DNA from: Octopus vulgaris
Taxonomy: Eukaryota
Length of the DNA stretch: 64,000 nucleotides
Assembly (NCBI GenBank): GCA_951406725.2
Contig: OX597814.1
Coordinates: 65,224,001-65,288,000, forward strand
Reading direction: 5' to 3'
This document shows positions 39,291-53,078 of this stretch, piece by piece. The notes beneath the pieces were generated by a model. That model saw nothing but the letters and a program-made list of their open reading frames with translations. It was not told the origin of the DNA and searched no databases. The position numbers were made by a program, and so were the translations under genes. Position 1 is the first letter of the stretch. Each line of letters opens with the position of its first letter.

Positions 39291-40154
39291 ATGAAGTTAG
39301 AACGATGGTGCACCGCACAACCTTTTTGTTTACTTAATTGTAAGAAATATTAGTTGAATATTCATTGTGTAACTCTTACTATCTCTTTCATCCTCGCTTT
39401 TCTCCCTTGTACCTCTCTCTCTCTCCCTCTCTCTTTCCCTCATTCTCTTCTTCAGTCATCCTTATTTCTTTTCCCACTCTCTTATTATTTATTCCCTCTT
39501 TCCCCGCTTCCCTCTTATACTTTAATCCCTCTGCCCTCAGTAACTCTTGCTCCCACCACATGATCACTGTCTGCATTTCTTTTTCGGCCTGCCGCACCCA
39601 GATTGGTCGTAATTATCTTTTCTCCTGCAGCATCTGTTAAGACTTTCCATTTCTCCTTTGAGCCAGCTCACTACCTTCATCAGATAGCAAAGAGGCCCTG
39701 TCTGTCACTTAGGTTGTATATGTATAGTTATTCTCCTCCTGTTGTATAGCCGAAAGGTACTTTTTCTATTGTATGTATATAATTATTTTTCTGTTGCACT
39801 GGTATTATTATTCTATCACATTGTATTGAATACATAACATTATTTTAGCTTTATTTTTTTGTCATTGTATATATTTGTTAGCTTTTTCCGTAAGCTTAAT
39901 CTTCTGGCGCTTGCCGGCATCGAGCAGTCTCAATGATAAAAGCGCGAAACTGCTAGGACATCCCGGACATTGACTATAGAAGAAACCAGCTGCGAATGTT
40001 CCACGTGTCTTCATTTTGTCCAGTTTCCCGCTTCTTATATAACGGCCTAGTTGTCCGTATGTTGTGTTTTTTGTTGGTTTTCTACCTGCTGTCTTTACCA
40101 TCTAATTTTTGTCTTTGTGTTTATTTCTGTTCAACCCAGGAAACCTGCTGTTTA

Positions 40155-40254
<100 letters not shown>

Positions 40255-40271
40255 CATATATATATATATAC

Positions 40272-41130
40272 TGTAACGTAGTTACTGGTCACCAATTATT
40301 GTTTACACTATAACCGTGTAGGAACAATAAACATATAACGAAGCAGGCTAACTACAACGTAACGATCCAACAAAATCCTCACGGACTATACACGGACTAA
40401 CTAACGATATTCCGACAAACTATCAAAACGACACCTTACGACTTCCTGCGGTTAACGCCTACCCACTGTCTCTCACTCAGACCGATACTATTTATAGTCG
40501 TTCGGTCAAGTCTATTCTCGCAGGGGTTGTCGTGAATCTCGCTACAACTTCTCATCTATTGAGATTTCGACTTCCGTAGGAAACGAAATTTATTTATATA
40601 TTTATGTTGTTTCTTTCTTTCCAACACTTCCCCCTTTTTGAAATTTTGCTTCCCTAGGGATTTCAGTACCGTTTCCGCATGGAATTATTTCTAAATGTTC
40701 AGTCTATTTACGTTTTCTGATACTGTTCCTTCTGGGTTCAATCTCTTTCGGTGCTGGCACATCGAACATGTCGGAAGCCACTTCTATTGGAATTTTCTTC
40801 TTTTCTTCTGTATATCTGATTTTGAATTGATTTAGATGACATTAATGCTCCCATCATTGGCCTTTTATAAAATACATCATGTTTCCAATTCTGTTAGTCA
40901 CTACACCATCCTGCCAACTCTCTTTATTTCTCTAGTATACTTTGAAATGGACTTTGTCTCCGGCATCAAAACGTTTAGTTGAATTATTTATATTTTCTCT
41001 AAACGTTTTTTCCATAGGCAACAATTTGTCGAAGATCGATTTAATATTTCGAGCGAACATCATCTCTGCAGGCAACTTGCCTGAAGTGGTATTCGGACTG
41101 GACTTTGTTCAGTACACTCTTAAGAAAATT
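40272..41130 (-). mobile_element. truncated Ty3/Gypsy element: integrase C-terminus, PPT and 3' LTR
   Basis: Minus strand FLRVY..SPNTTSGKLPAEMMFARNIKSIFDKLLP, FDAGDKV, W.DGVV..RIG..MY, HLNQ; PPT aaaaagggggaag (40639-40627); LTR TGTTGG(40626)..GTTACA(40272), 355 bp, with TATAAATAG. Confidence 0.85.
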
Positions 41131-41587
41131 AGACTGTGAAATGTCTTTTTCTGTGGCTTAAGTCGCATCTGTAGTAATAAAGAATGCACTCCTTATATAA
41201 ATCAAAAACTTTCTGCAATGAAGAATTAAAATCAAAATGTATAAATAGCCATCCTAACAATATAGACAAGTAAGGCTCCCGAACCTGGTAATCCAACAAC
41301 AAAAAAACTAAACAAATGCTGATTATATAATTTGTCCAGTTCATGTATATTTAGATAACTATGTAAATGTATACAGTTATAAATTACATATAAACTCCCA
41401 CATACACACAGACATAAGAGCCCACACACAGAGACTTCTGTGTATGTGTGAGTGTGTGTGTATGCGTGTGTGGGTGTGTGTGCGTGTGTGGGTGTGTGTG
41501 TGTGTTCACAGTAACCCTCGCCGTATCACGGTCCACCTATCGCATTGAGTACATCGCGGATTTTTCTGGCTAGTATATGTAAATTTA

Positions 41588-42741
41588 AAGGGCGGTGAGC
41601 TGGCAGAATCGTTAGCACGCCGGGCGAAATACTTTGCTGTGTTTCGTCTGTCGTTACGTTGTGAGTTCAAATTCCGCCGAGGTCGACTTTGCCTTTCATC
41701 CTTTCGGGGTCGATAAATTAAGTACCAATTACGCACTGGGGTCGATGTAATCGACTTAATACCTATGTCTGTTCTTATTTGTCCCCTCTATGTTTAGCCC
41801 CTTGTGGGTAATAAAGAAATAGGTATTTCGTCTGCCGCTACGTTCTGAGTTCAAATTCTACCGAAGTTGACTTTACCTTTCATCCTTTCGGGGTCGATAA
41901 ATTAAGTATCAGTTACGCACTGGGGTCGATATAATCGACTTAATACCTATGTCTGTTCTTGGTTGTCCCTTCTATGTTTAGCCCCTTGTGAGTAACAAAG
42001 AAATAGGTATTTTGTCTGCCGCTACGTTGTGAGTTCAAATTCCGCCGAGGTCGACTTTGCCTTTCATCCTTTCGGGGTCGATAATTTAAGTACCAGTTAC
42101 GCACTGGGGTCGATGTAATCGACTTAATACCTATGTCTGTTCTTGTTTGTTCCCTCTATGTTTAGCCTCTTGTGGGTAATAAAAAAAATAGGTATTTCGT
42201 CTGCCGCTACGTTCTGAGTTCAAATTCCGCCGAGGTCGACTTTGCCTTTCATCCTTTCGGGGTCGATTAAATAAGTACCAGTTACGCACTGGGATCGATA
42301 TAGTCAACTTAATCTGTTTGTCTGCCCTTGCTTGCCCTCTCTGTGTTTAGCCCCTTGTGGGTAGTAAAGAAATAGAAATAGGTATTTCGTCTGCCGTTAC
42401 GTTCCGAGTTCAAATTCCACCGAGGTCGACTTTGCCTTTCATCCTTTCGGGGCCTATAAATTAAGTACCAGTTACGCACTGGGGTCGATATAATCGACTT
42501 AATCCGTTTGTCTCCTCTGTGTTTAGCCCCTTGTGGGTAGTAAAGAAATAGAAATAGGTATTTCGTCTGCCGTCACGTTCTGAGTTGAAATTCCGCCGAG
42601 GTCGACTTTGCCTTTCATCCTTTCGGGGCCGATTAAATAAGTAGCAGTTATGCACTGGGGTGGGTGTAATCGACTTAATACTTTAGTCTGTCCTTGTTTT
42701 CCCCATCTTTTTGTAGCCCCCTGTAGGCAATAAAGAAATAA
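41588..42741 (+). mobile_element. head-to-tail array of six SINE family A units
   Basis: Units start near 41588 (full head), 41822, 42006, 42191, 42381 and 42557; each ends ..taaagaaata. Confidence 0.95.
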
Positions 42742-43428
42742 ATATATGTAAATTTACATCGCGAACTCCTTAGTATATCGTGGTTTTCCGCAGCCGATAG
42801 GTATTTATAATTTTTTACGTGTGGGAAGTTTTGGAACGTAACACTTGCTATACTTGAGAGATTACTGTATATATCATAATTATTTAGGAGCAAAGATTTC
42901 ATCAAATTTGAAATATAATGAAATTTATTTGGCTTCTCCGAGCAATCAAAGTTTTAAAAGAAAAGCATTAAATCGTGGAAGTTGTTTAAAATTGGTAATG
43001 CTCGCGCAAATGATAGCCAAAGCTGACAAAGAATCATAGTAAATGATGCTTTCTGAAAATTTGAAATTGTATAAATATAAATATATCAGAATTGCACTTT
43101 TAACATACAGGAATACTTTGCATGAACATTAAAGACATGTTTTGTAGAGTGTCTCCATAAACGGGGGTAGTTGCTTACCTTCTACAAACATAGGTTGGTT
43201 GCATGGTTATTCAACAAATATTTTCGTAACTGGTTTCGTTACCCTAAAATTTTACCAAAATGTAAGTATTCTCTTCAATGTATACATACATATATACATG
43301 TCTGTATGTATGTACGTGTGTGTACCTGCGTGTGTGTGTTTGCGTATACAAAGTTATTCATATATATAAACACAAATTGGTATATATATATGTATATATA
43401 TATGTATATATATATATATGTGTATATA

Positions 43429-43517
<89 letters not shown>

Positions 43518-43655
43518 AAATAAACAATTCATAAATAAAGGCAAACGAAAAAGTTCTAATGCCAAATATGCCGAAAAATTGGGCATATTGTCCATTGACC
43601 ATATAACCATGATGTATATATATATATGTATATATATATATAAATAAATAAATAA

Positions 43656-43693
<38 letters not shown>

Positions 43694-44694
43694 AACAGTT
43701 TATACATATATATGAGGGGCAAGCCGACTACGTTCTAAATTTTTATATTTTCTATGAAATATTTTTCATATCAGCGTACCAATCCGTTATGTTTGCTTAG
43801 GTGCAAAACATTCCTAATTCCATTATTCTGGCGTTTCAAGACATTCATGATCTCTTATTTAATTTGGAAATGTAGACACGGGCAGCCAGTAGGTTCTGTC
43901 ATTTGTTACAAAGCTACTTAGATATAATATAATGACTGGAAAACTCCTCTGTGCAGCATTATATCTTAGGGTATGTGCAAGCAGGTCTCATGGTATTATT
44001 GATACATGATTTTTTTTTGTGTATGTATCTTATGTATATATGCGTTTAAATTAAGTTGATGGCTTTTTATTAGTAACGTTTGTATTGTATTCTCCTCACT
44101 TTTGTGTGGAATTCTCCATTTAATTGCTGTGCTGTCAACTAGTGTTTCCCCATCCAATTAAAAAACTTTGTGCCACAATATAATGAGTAGCAATGGTTTG
44201 GTATTCTAGATACATGGCTAACGGATGAGAATCTCTTATACATGTACGTCCTATTCAGCAGTGTACATCTTACAAATATTATACTTGCACTGAAAATGTT
44301 CTAATAAACAACGCTAAAGTAGGTTTTGTGATTCCCTAATTCGTTGTTTCCACTTCATCAAGAAATGTTTCATTGTAATATTATTGTAATATAATGGAAT
44401 ATCGTGGATGCGTTAGGTGGATAGGTGTATTCATGTTTGTGGTCGGCTTTAAGAGTTTTTTTTATTGCTATATTCATGTATTTGATTACAGAAGAGATTA
44501 TGGTTCGTACATCATGTGCGTAGGTAGTATATTTTTTGTGATTCCGGCGTTCTTAGATTAATGTGAGTGTGTTGTTATATAGCTTCATTTATTTACATGG
44601 AAGTTTACACAAATGTACGTGTACATACATACATGTTTGATAAGGGCATGAAACTCTCCGCCCTCATGCCACAGTAAATTTTGTTGATTAAATA

Positions 44695-44837
44695 GGCGCA
44701 GACACAAAGGTGAGATGAAGAAGATCCCTTGCAATCATGTGGTTTCTGGTTCAATTCCACATCGCGGATCCTAAAGTTGGCTGACTGAAACTGTATGGAA
44801 GCTTGTCTCTCTCTCCCTCCCTCTCTTTCGCTCTCTC

Positions 44838-44880
<43 letters not shown>

Positions 44881-45100
44881 ATATATATATACATATGTAT
44901 ATAAATGCAAACATACACACACACACTCACACACATAGATATGGTGAGGTGTATGTGTATGTATGTCTGTGTTTATTTCCCAACCACACTGCTACAAAAA
45001 TACTTTATATAAATAATTACTTGGGTCGATTTGTTCGACTAAACACTACAAAGCAATACCCAAGCATGGACGCAGTCCAATGACTTACGCATGTAAAACA
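44695..45100 (+). mobile_element. SINE family B, heavily degenerate
   Basis: ggcgcagac..aatcatgtggtttctggttcaattccac..gaaactgtatggaagc; tail ttcgactaaa..ccagcatggacgcagtccaatgact. Confidence 0.55.
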
Positions 45101-46073
45101 TAAAATATCTACATAAAATATCTACATATATGTATATATGTGAGTTATATCTATGTTTGATTGTATGTGCAAATATAAGTGTGTATACTTGTGTGTGTGT
45201 TTATAGATATGTTTATTCGCATATATATATATATATATATATATATAAACAGAGGAGATGAATATGAGAGAGAGAGCTAGATAAATAGATATGTAACACA
45301 GAAGAAGCGGATGTCTCTTAATATCATGCGCTTTTCTTACGCACTCTTCAACGGTTGTAAGAGTGAAGTAAAATTACGTGTGTGTATGTGTGTGCATATG
45401 TGTGTGAGTGTGTGCGTGTGTATGTGTGAGTGTGTGTATATTATCCATATCTACGAACTATATATCTATTTGTTCGTGTGTGCATGTGTGTATGCATATA
45501 TATATGGGCTCGCAAAGACGCACACGTATACACCTTTACACGCATGCGTTAGATATATGTAGGTATCACGCTCCATTTTATATATTCCAGATTGTATTTC
45601 CTTCATGCCCAGTGGGAGACAAATAGTTGATAAAAATGCAATTATTTATTATTATGTACTTATTTTTTTCCAGTCGTATGGAACGTTTTCTCTGGGGTTA
45701 CAAACAATGATATTTTGCTATTCACGAAGTAAACTAATTGATATATATATATATATATATGATCTGTGTGTGTGTGTGGGGGGGTATACTTATATTGTGA
45801 CTTTATATATTCCTATATATATATACATATATATATGTGTGTGTGTGTGTGTGTGTATACACACATGGGAGTATGCTTGCGTATAAAATATATACATACA
45901 TATATATATATATATATATACGCATATATATATGTATATTTATATATAGAGAGAGAGAGAAAGAAAGAAAGAGAGAGACACAGAGACAGAGACGGATACA
46001 GAGAGACCAGACAGACGGACATACATACAGACAGACAGACAGACAGGCACGCAGACAGACACACTGATAGAGG

Positions 46074-46137
<64 letters not shown>

Positions 46138-46299
46138 GAAGATTCTGGTAAAATCTTTGTTGAATGCTATGCAGAGCTCTTTCAGCTTTATTGGCTACTT
46201 CATGTGATCATACAGAAGAAATGCTCCTAGTATATATACATCCGTAATTCCATCGTATCCGTAGAATTTACATAGACAAATTAAATGAAATGAAATTAA

Positions 46300-46490
46300 A
46301 GACATTCTCTATTTAAAAATCACAATCGTTTCGACACCCGTAGTACATAGGTGAGATGCAATCATTATTTTACAGCCAAGGTGTACAATGCACTTCCTCT
46401 ATTGATTGTTTGAAATAAATACTTCGTTAGATCTTCTCGCCATTTCACTCTGATAACGAGTGATGTATCATTCTCAGCAGTCCGCAGTCA
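46300..46490 (-). mobile_element. short repeat (Penelope pLTR-like), homologous to 55320-55580
   Basis: Shared blocks tacaccttgg..taaaataatgat, catct.acctat, gtcgaaacgattgt. Confidence 0.55.
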
Positions 46491-47148
46491 AAACAAAAAT
46501 AATACATACTATAAAAGACAAAATAAAACTACAATCAAAATATAAATACATATATAAAATTACACAAAAGAAAATAAGAGGGTCAGAGTATAAATCAATT
46601 TCTATTCTATCTAGAGGTCAGATTATAAGGAAGAAAGTATTAGATTGAAGAATAAAATGAAGAATAGAATAAAACGTTTATAGATAATAACGTGATAAGT
46701 AGGTCGAGACTGACCATATCAGTACATGGCAACGATTTGCTTGTCTCCTTTAAGGGTCGAAATTGCCTTCCCTCTACCCCTACAAAATAACTGCTCTACC
46801 CTAGAACTAGAATGAGTCTCTATTTAAAGTTAATTTATTACCGTCTAGTTTTTATACGCATCTTTGAAATGATAAGAAAAGATAAGCTAGTGTGTATCTT
46901 ACCCCGCTCTGCACACACACACACACACGCACACACACACACAAATCACACACACACACACACACACAATCACACACACACACGTACGCATACATGCTTC
47001 TTCGTAATAATTTCTAAAGAAAAAGTAAAACATTTTATGGAATTACCTATTTGTATAAGCACATATATACACCTGTTATGTACAATCACATCATTTGTAA
47101 ATTGCATAGCTAGATAATACAATACCACACAGTTAACCAGAATAAGCA

Positions 47149-47180
<32 letters not shown>

Positions 47181-47182
<2 letters not shown>

Positions 47183-50100
47183 CGGAGGGACGTTTAACAG
47201 AATACCGGAGGACGTTTAACATGTGAGACCGATAAAACAGTGCTCCAAAATCTATCCACAAACATCGGAAACAAAGACATCGCATGGAGCCAAATAATAA
47301 CTGACAAAGGATTGTGCTATATCCGAGTAAGTAACACTCATTGAAATTTATTGCTATTTTCGAAACGAAATAAGGTATTTTAACTTGATATCATCTCCAA
47401 CCATGTAAACATGCTTGATACATTACGCTCCATCAACAGATCATCTCCGGCCCCAAATACTATGTACAAAAAAACTACGAATAAATTAAATAATACCGGT
47501 ATTATTCAACCCAAGAATAACAATCGGGAAGTACGTACTTTAAATTTGTTACACAAAAAGTGCGAAAAACTACACGTGCAAAACAATGTGACAACAGAAA
47601 TGAACGGACCGGTACCCTACGAAAATGACGACCGTCAAAATAATGGGCCGGACGTTGTTCCTCATGTCCCGCAAATAAAACCAAAAAGGCATAAATGGAC
47701 ACGTGAGGAATACATTTCAATCCTACACACATACTTTACAGCAGTGCTCTACCCAAAGAACGAAAACGCAACAACATATACATATAAAATATGGAAGAAA
47801 ATTAACATAGATAAAGACTTGGATACAGCAATGAACCCTAATAAAGTAGCTAACGTACGAAGATATATTCTCAACGCAAAAAAATATCGGAAATAGAAAT
47901 AGAACATTTAAAAGAAAAAATACGCCAGGAAAATGTAGATAGAAGCCACACAACAATGCCAGATAGTAAAACACGAAGACAAACGTAACATTTCCAACAA
48001 AAACGATGTAAACAAAAAACAACAAACCCAGACCGTAAGGATGCATAATAATGCGCGACAAGCAGCAAGCCAAAACACGGCAGACAAACATACGAATGAG
48101 AAAGAAAGCGACACAAATCTAAAACCTGGAAACAACGAAGGGGAGCCTAATGATTATGATACTATAAAAAGTAGAATAATCAAAGAACTGAAAAACACAG
48201 ATCTCAAAATGGACCTCCGACCATACCTCCCAAAAATCAAAATAGACTAAAAAAACAACATCAATTATAAACAGCATAAACCTATCCGTTACAGAACTAA
48301 TAGCCACTGAAACAAAACGCGATATCACTGAGCTAAATAACTAAGTATATGCAGCAGCTACTGCAGCCACAAAAGAAGCTGGATACTCCCTCAAACCCAT
48401 CCAAACAGGAGAACCCCCACCCAAACAAACCATGTGGATAAATAGCATAAAAAAAATATATACAAAAAATGAGAAAAGATCTGTCGATTCTTAATGAAAT
48501 AAGTAGAAAATCAACGCTACTAAGCAACAAAAATAAAACAAAAATACTGTGCAAATACAACATCAGAGAAAAAGATTTACCTGAGATAAAAGAAAACCTA
48601 AAGCAAGATATCCTTGCCAAAGCACAAAGGATCCGCCGGTATGAGAAACCGCAACGTTTCTTTGAACAAAACTTCAACCCCAAAAACTTCAACTTCAACC
48701 CAAAAAGTTCTACCAAGAACTTGGCAAAAATAAAATAGACATCACTGCAGCACCAACGGCAGAAGAAGTGGAAGAATTCTGGAAAGAAATATGGTCGGCG
48801 AATGAACAACTAATAAAAAGGAGTATTAAACAACAAACTCAGAATCTGAGCAACTTTGGACCCCCATAACAACTGAAGAGGTCACCCAGATACTGCAAAG
48901 ACTAAACAACTGGAAGGCACCTGGACATGACAAGATCCCCGAATTCTGGTTGATATATCTGACAGGAATGCACAAAAAGCTGGCTGAAAACTTTAACAAC
49001 ATACTGGCAGAGCCAAAGACAATGCCTGAATGACTCACGAAGGGGAAAACCATCTTAATTCCCAAATCCAATGAGACAGCAAAACCAGAAAACTACAGAC
49101 CTATAACCTGTCTCCCTACAATGTACAAAGCATTCACTGCAGTAATATCACAAAGATTAAACAAGCACCTGGACGAAAATAACCTGTTTCCAGAAGAGCA
49201 GAAAGGATGCCGCAAAGGCTCATATGGCTGTACATATCAACTAATGATCAATAAAGCCATAACTGAAGACAGCCACAGAAAGAAGAAATGCTTCAGTATG
49301 GCCTGGATCGACTACTGAAGGCTCGAAACACTAGCCATTAACAAATTAGCACCAACAATTATAAAATACATAGGACACTCAATGAATAAATGACAGAGAG
49401 TGCTACAGCTCCAAACAAAAGAGGGACTCGCGAAAACCAAAGCCATCCACATTAGAAGAGGAATATTCCAGGGAAACACGCTCTCTCCACTCCTTTTCTG
49501 CTTGGCACTGTCACCTCTATCTAATATGCTAAATAGAACTGGATGCGGATATAAACGTTACGGCATAACGATCAGCCACCTTTTATATATGGATGACCTA
49601 AAACTATACGCTACAAATGACAAACAGCTGGAAACACTACTAAAGACAGTTCATGGATTCACCAAAGAAATAGATATGAAATTTGGATTAGAAAAATGCG
49701 CCAAAATAACCTTGAAAAGAGGAAAACTAGTTAAGAGTAGCACCATCACACTAGATAGAGCCAATGAAATAAGAGAATAAGACCAAAGCCAAACTTACAA
49801 ATATTTAGGAATCATGAACTAGATAACACAACACACACAAATGAAAGAGAAAATAAAGAAAGAATACTATAGACGAGTTAGATCAATACTAAAACCAGAG
49901 CTCAATGCTAAAAACAAGATAATAGGTCTTAACACTTTAGCCGTCCCAGTTATAGGTTACAGCTACAATATCCTTAACTGGACGCTAAATGAACTAACCA
50001 AAACAGTTCTGCAATGAGGGAGTATGGAGCAGGATGATGAGCAAGAAGACGACGACGATGACGACGACGAAGAAGAAGAAGAAGAAGAAGAAGAAGAAGA

Positions 50101-51117
50101 AGAAGAAGAAGAAGAAGAAGAAGAAGAAGAAGAAGAAGAAGAAGAAGAAGAAGAAGAAGAAGAAGAAGAAGAAGAAGAAGAAGACACAACAAAAGCTATA
50201 AAGCAAATGAAATCAAAACTAAAACTAGAACAGCAACGAACCATGATAAAACGATTGCAAGAAAAGCCCCTTCACGGCAAGTACTGGACTAAACTAAATG
50301 CAAAAGAAATAGACAAAGAAAAATCCCAGCAGTGGTTCAGAAGCTCAGGACTCAAAGCAGAGACAGAGGGATTTTTAATTGCAGCACAAGACCAAAGTCT
50401 CCCCACCAGAAATTACCAAAAACATGTAATGAAAAGAAATATAACAAGTAACAGCAGAATATGTGGAGATGGACAAGAAACAATAAATCATATTATCTCT
50501 GGCTGCTCAGTCCTGGCTAAGAAGGAATATATTCACAGTCACGACAGAGTTGGGACCTACATACATCGGAAGCTATGTCAACATTATGGAATAACAACAG
50601 AAAAAAGATGGTATGGGCACACCCCAGAAAAGGTCACAGAAAACGAGAAAGCAACCATACTCTGGGTTATGCCAATACACACGGATAGAGAAATTAAGGC
50701 CAACAGAACAGATAGAGTTGTCAGAGATCATGAAGAAAAAATGCTTTCTAATTGATGTATCAATACCAGCAGATGACAACGCGTCTCTAAAAGAAATGGA
50801 GAAATTTTCAAAATACAAAGACCTGGAAATAGAGGTAACTAGAATGTGGAATCTAAAAACAGAAACAATTCCTATCATAGCAGGTGCATTAGGCATGATA
50901 AAAAATATTCAGACAAATACATAACAAAAACACCAGGACTTACAAACACATATAACATACAGAAAATTGCACTACTAAGCACTGCACACAACCTACGCTG
51001 AACACTTTCAATACAGTAACCATCAGAACATCGCAACAAATCACAGCACATAGCCAAGGCACACAGAGCTGCGCTCGGTAGTGAAGTGAAATCACGTTAT
51101 AAAAATAAAACTACTGA
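47181..51117 (+). mobile_element. near full-length R4/Dong-type RLE non-LTR retrotransposon (pseudogenic)
   Basis: RHKWTREE, WKAPGHD, YRPITCLPTMYK, EQKGCRKG, AWIDY, GIFQGNTLSPLLF, HLLYMDDLKLY, YKYLG, LHG, AAQDQ, RICG..ETINHIISGC..HD, LIDVSIP, KYKDL, IPIIAGALG; (TAA)n at 5' flank and (TGA)n/TAA at 3' flank. Confidence 0.95.
50069..50182. repeat. (GAA)n tract inside the LINE ORF
   Basis: About 38 perfect units preceded by (GAC)n; reads poly-Glu in frame with the C-terminal ORF. Confidence 0.95.
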
Positions 51118-51149
<32 letters not shown>

Positions 51150-51154
51150 AATAA

Positions 51155-51708
51155 ATGCCCTGATGCAGTACCAGGCACTGGCTCCCATGGTTTCTGATCT
51201 TAACTTATTGGAAGTGTTATTATGTATATTGTTTTTTCTTGGTATAAAAGATGGGCTACAGCAAATATTCAGCTCAGTACTACAGATTTGCTTGTCAATT
51301 GTTTGATCTTTACCAGTCGAGCATGTCCCTTAGTGGCTGAGAATATGTATATCTCTGATGACGAGCAGAAATAGTGGGGGAGCATCATAGCCATGTGTTG
51401 AGCATGATCCTTTGGAGTTTGAATAATTCGCCTCTGGAAACATGGGTGTTTCGTTCAACAACCTTAAAACCTTTATTCAGGGAACTTTTGAGCGGGATGG
51501 ATTACTCGACAAGAAGAAAATTCTCACTGGGCGCCACCTGCAAGGTCATGCGCTGTCTATCTTGATATGAGATCACCATGTTACGCACATATCATTGGCA
51601 TGCATGTGCCTAGCGTACCCTTATCAGACGGGTATTCATGATGGGTACACTGAGCTTCGTATATTTTACACCAGTGTCACTTTGATGGCATACACTGCCC
51701 TGTCACTC
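51155..51708 (+). mobile_element. about 550-bp non-coding TAA-tailed retroelement, copy 1
   Basis: atgccctgatgcagtaccaggc..ctgtcactc followed by (AAT)n; two more copies follow. Confidence 0.85.
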
Positions 51709-51723
51709 AATAATAATAATAAC

Positions 51724-51772
<49 letters not shown>

Positions 51773-51818
51773 TTAATAATAATAACAATAATAATAATAA
51801 TAATGATAGTAATAATAC

Positions 51819-51849
<31 letters not shown>

Positions 51850-51897
51850 GATAATAATAATAATAATAATGATAATAATAATAATAACAACAACAAC

Positions 51898-51966
<69 letters not shown>
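51709..51966. repeat. (TAA)n, imperfect
   Basis: Visible tract. Confidence 0.95.
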
Positions 51967-51968
51967 TA

Positions 51969-52198
51969 AGGGACCTTTTGAGCGGGATGGGCTACTCGAC
52001 CAGGAGAAAATTCTAACTGGGCCCCACCTGCAAGGTCATGCGCTGTTTATCTTGATATGAGATCACCATCTCGCGCACATATGGATGTGATGCATGTGCC
52101 TAGTATACCCTTATCAGTCGGGTAGTCATGATGGCTATACTGGGCTTCGTATATTTTACCCCAGTGTCACTTTGATGGCATGCACTGCTCTCTCACTC
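51969..52198 (+). mobile_element. TAA-tailed element, copy 2 (5'-truncated)
   Basis: agggaccttttgagcgggatgg..ctctcactc followed by (AAT)n. Confidence 0.88.
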
Positions 52199-52224
52199 AA
52201 TAATAATAATAATAATAATAATCA

Positions 52225-52358
52225 TTTCTACTCTAGGCAAAATGCCCAACATTTTTAGGGAGGGGGCCAGTCGATTAGATCGACCCCAGTACGCAACAAG
52301 TACTTAATTTATCGACCCCGAAAGGATGAAAGGCAAAGTCGACCCCGGTGGCATTTGA
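52225..52358 (-). mobile_element. SINE family A, 5'-truncated
   Basis: Reverse complement ttcaaatgccaccggggtcgactttgcctttcatcctttcggggtcgataaattaagtac..gcctagagtagaaa. Confidence 0.88.
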
Positions 52359-52897
52359 AATGCCCTGATGAAGTACCAGGCACTGGATCTCATGGTTTCT
52401 CATTTTAACTGATCGGCAGTGTTATCATATACATTGTTTTGTCTTGGTATAAAAGATGGGCTACAGCAAATATTCTACTCAATACCAGAGATTTGCTTGT
52501 CAGTTGTTTGACCATAACCGGTTGAGCATGTCCCTTAGTGGCTGACGATATGTGCATCTCTGATGTCGAGCAGACGTAGTGGGGGGCATCATAGCCATGT
52601 GTTCAGGGGAATTCTATGCGGTCTGGATAATGCACCTCTGGAAACATTTTTACATAACCCTTCTTCAGGGACCTTTTGAGTGGGACGGGTTACTCGACCA
52701 AAAGAAAATTGTAACTAGACTCCACCTGCAAAATTCATGCGCTGCTTATCTTGATCGGAGATCACCATGTCATGCACATATCATTGTCATGCATGTGCCC
52801 GGCGTACTCTTATCAGACGGGTAGTCATGATGGGTATACTGGGCTTCGTATATTTTACCCCAGTGTCACTTTGATGGCATACACTACCCTGTCACTC
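52359..52897 (+). mobile_element. TAA-tailed element, copy 3
   Basis: aatgccctgatgaagtaccaggc..ctgtcactc; (TAA)n follows at 52926-53060. Confidence 0.88.
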
Positions 52898-52922
52898 AAT
52901 GTAAAAAAAATAAAAATTAAAA

Positions 52923-53040
<118 letters not shown>

Positions 53041-53078
53041 GGGTAAACTGATAATAATAATGAAGAATAAAATAATAA

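Noticed and set aside
39930-39975. atgataa-aagcgc-gaaac hammerhead-like string
   Set aside because: Core is mismatched and no stems support it.
41588-42741. CRISPR array or tRNA gene cluster
   Set aside because: Units are about 185-bp SINE copies with no unique spacers and no complete cloverleaf; the context is eukaryotic.
43900-44560. Penelope RT thumb remnant (KPT..HP on minus strand)
   Set aside because: Only one loose motif; needs a profile search.
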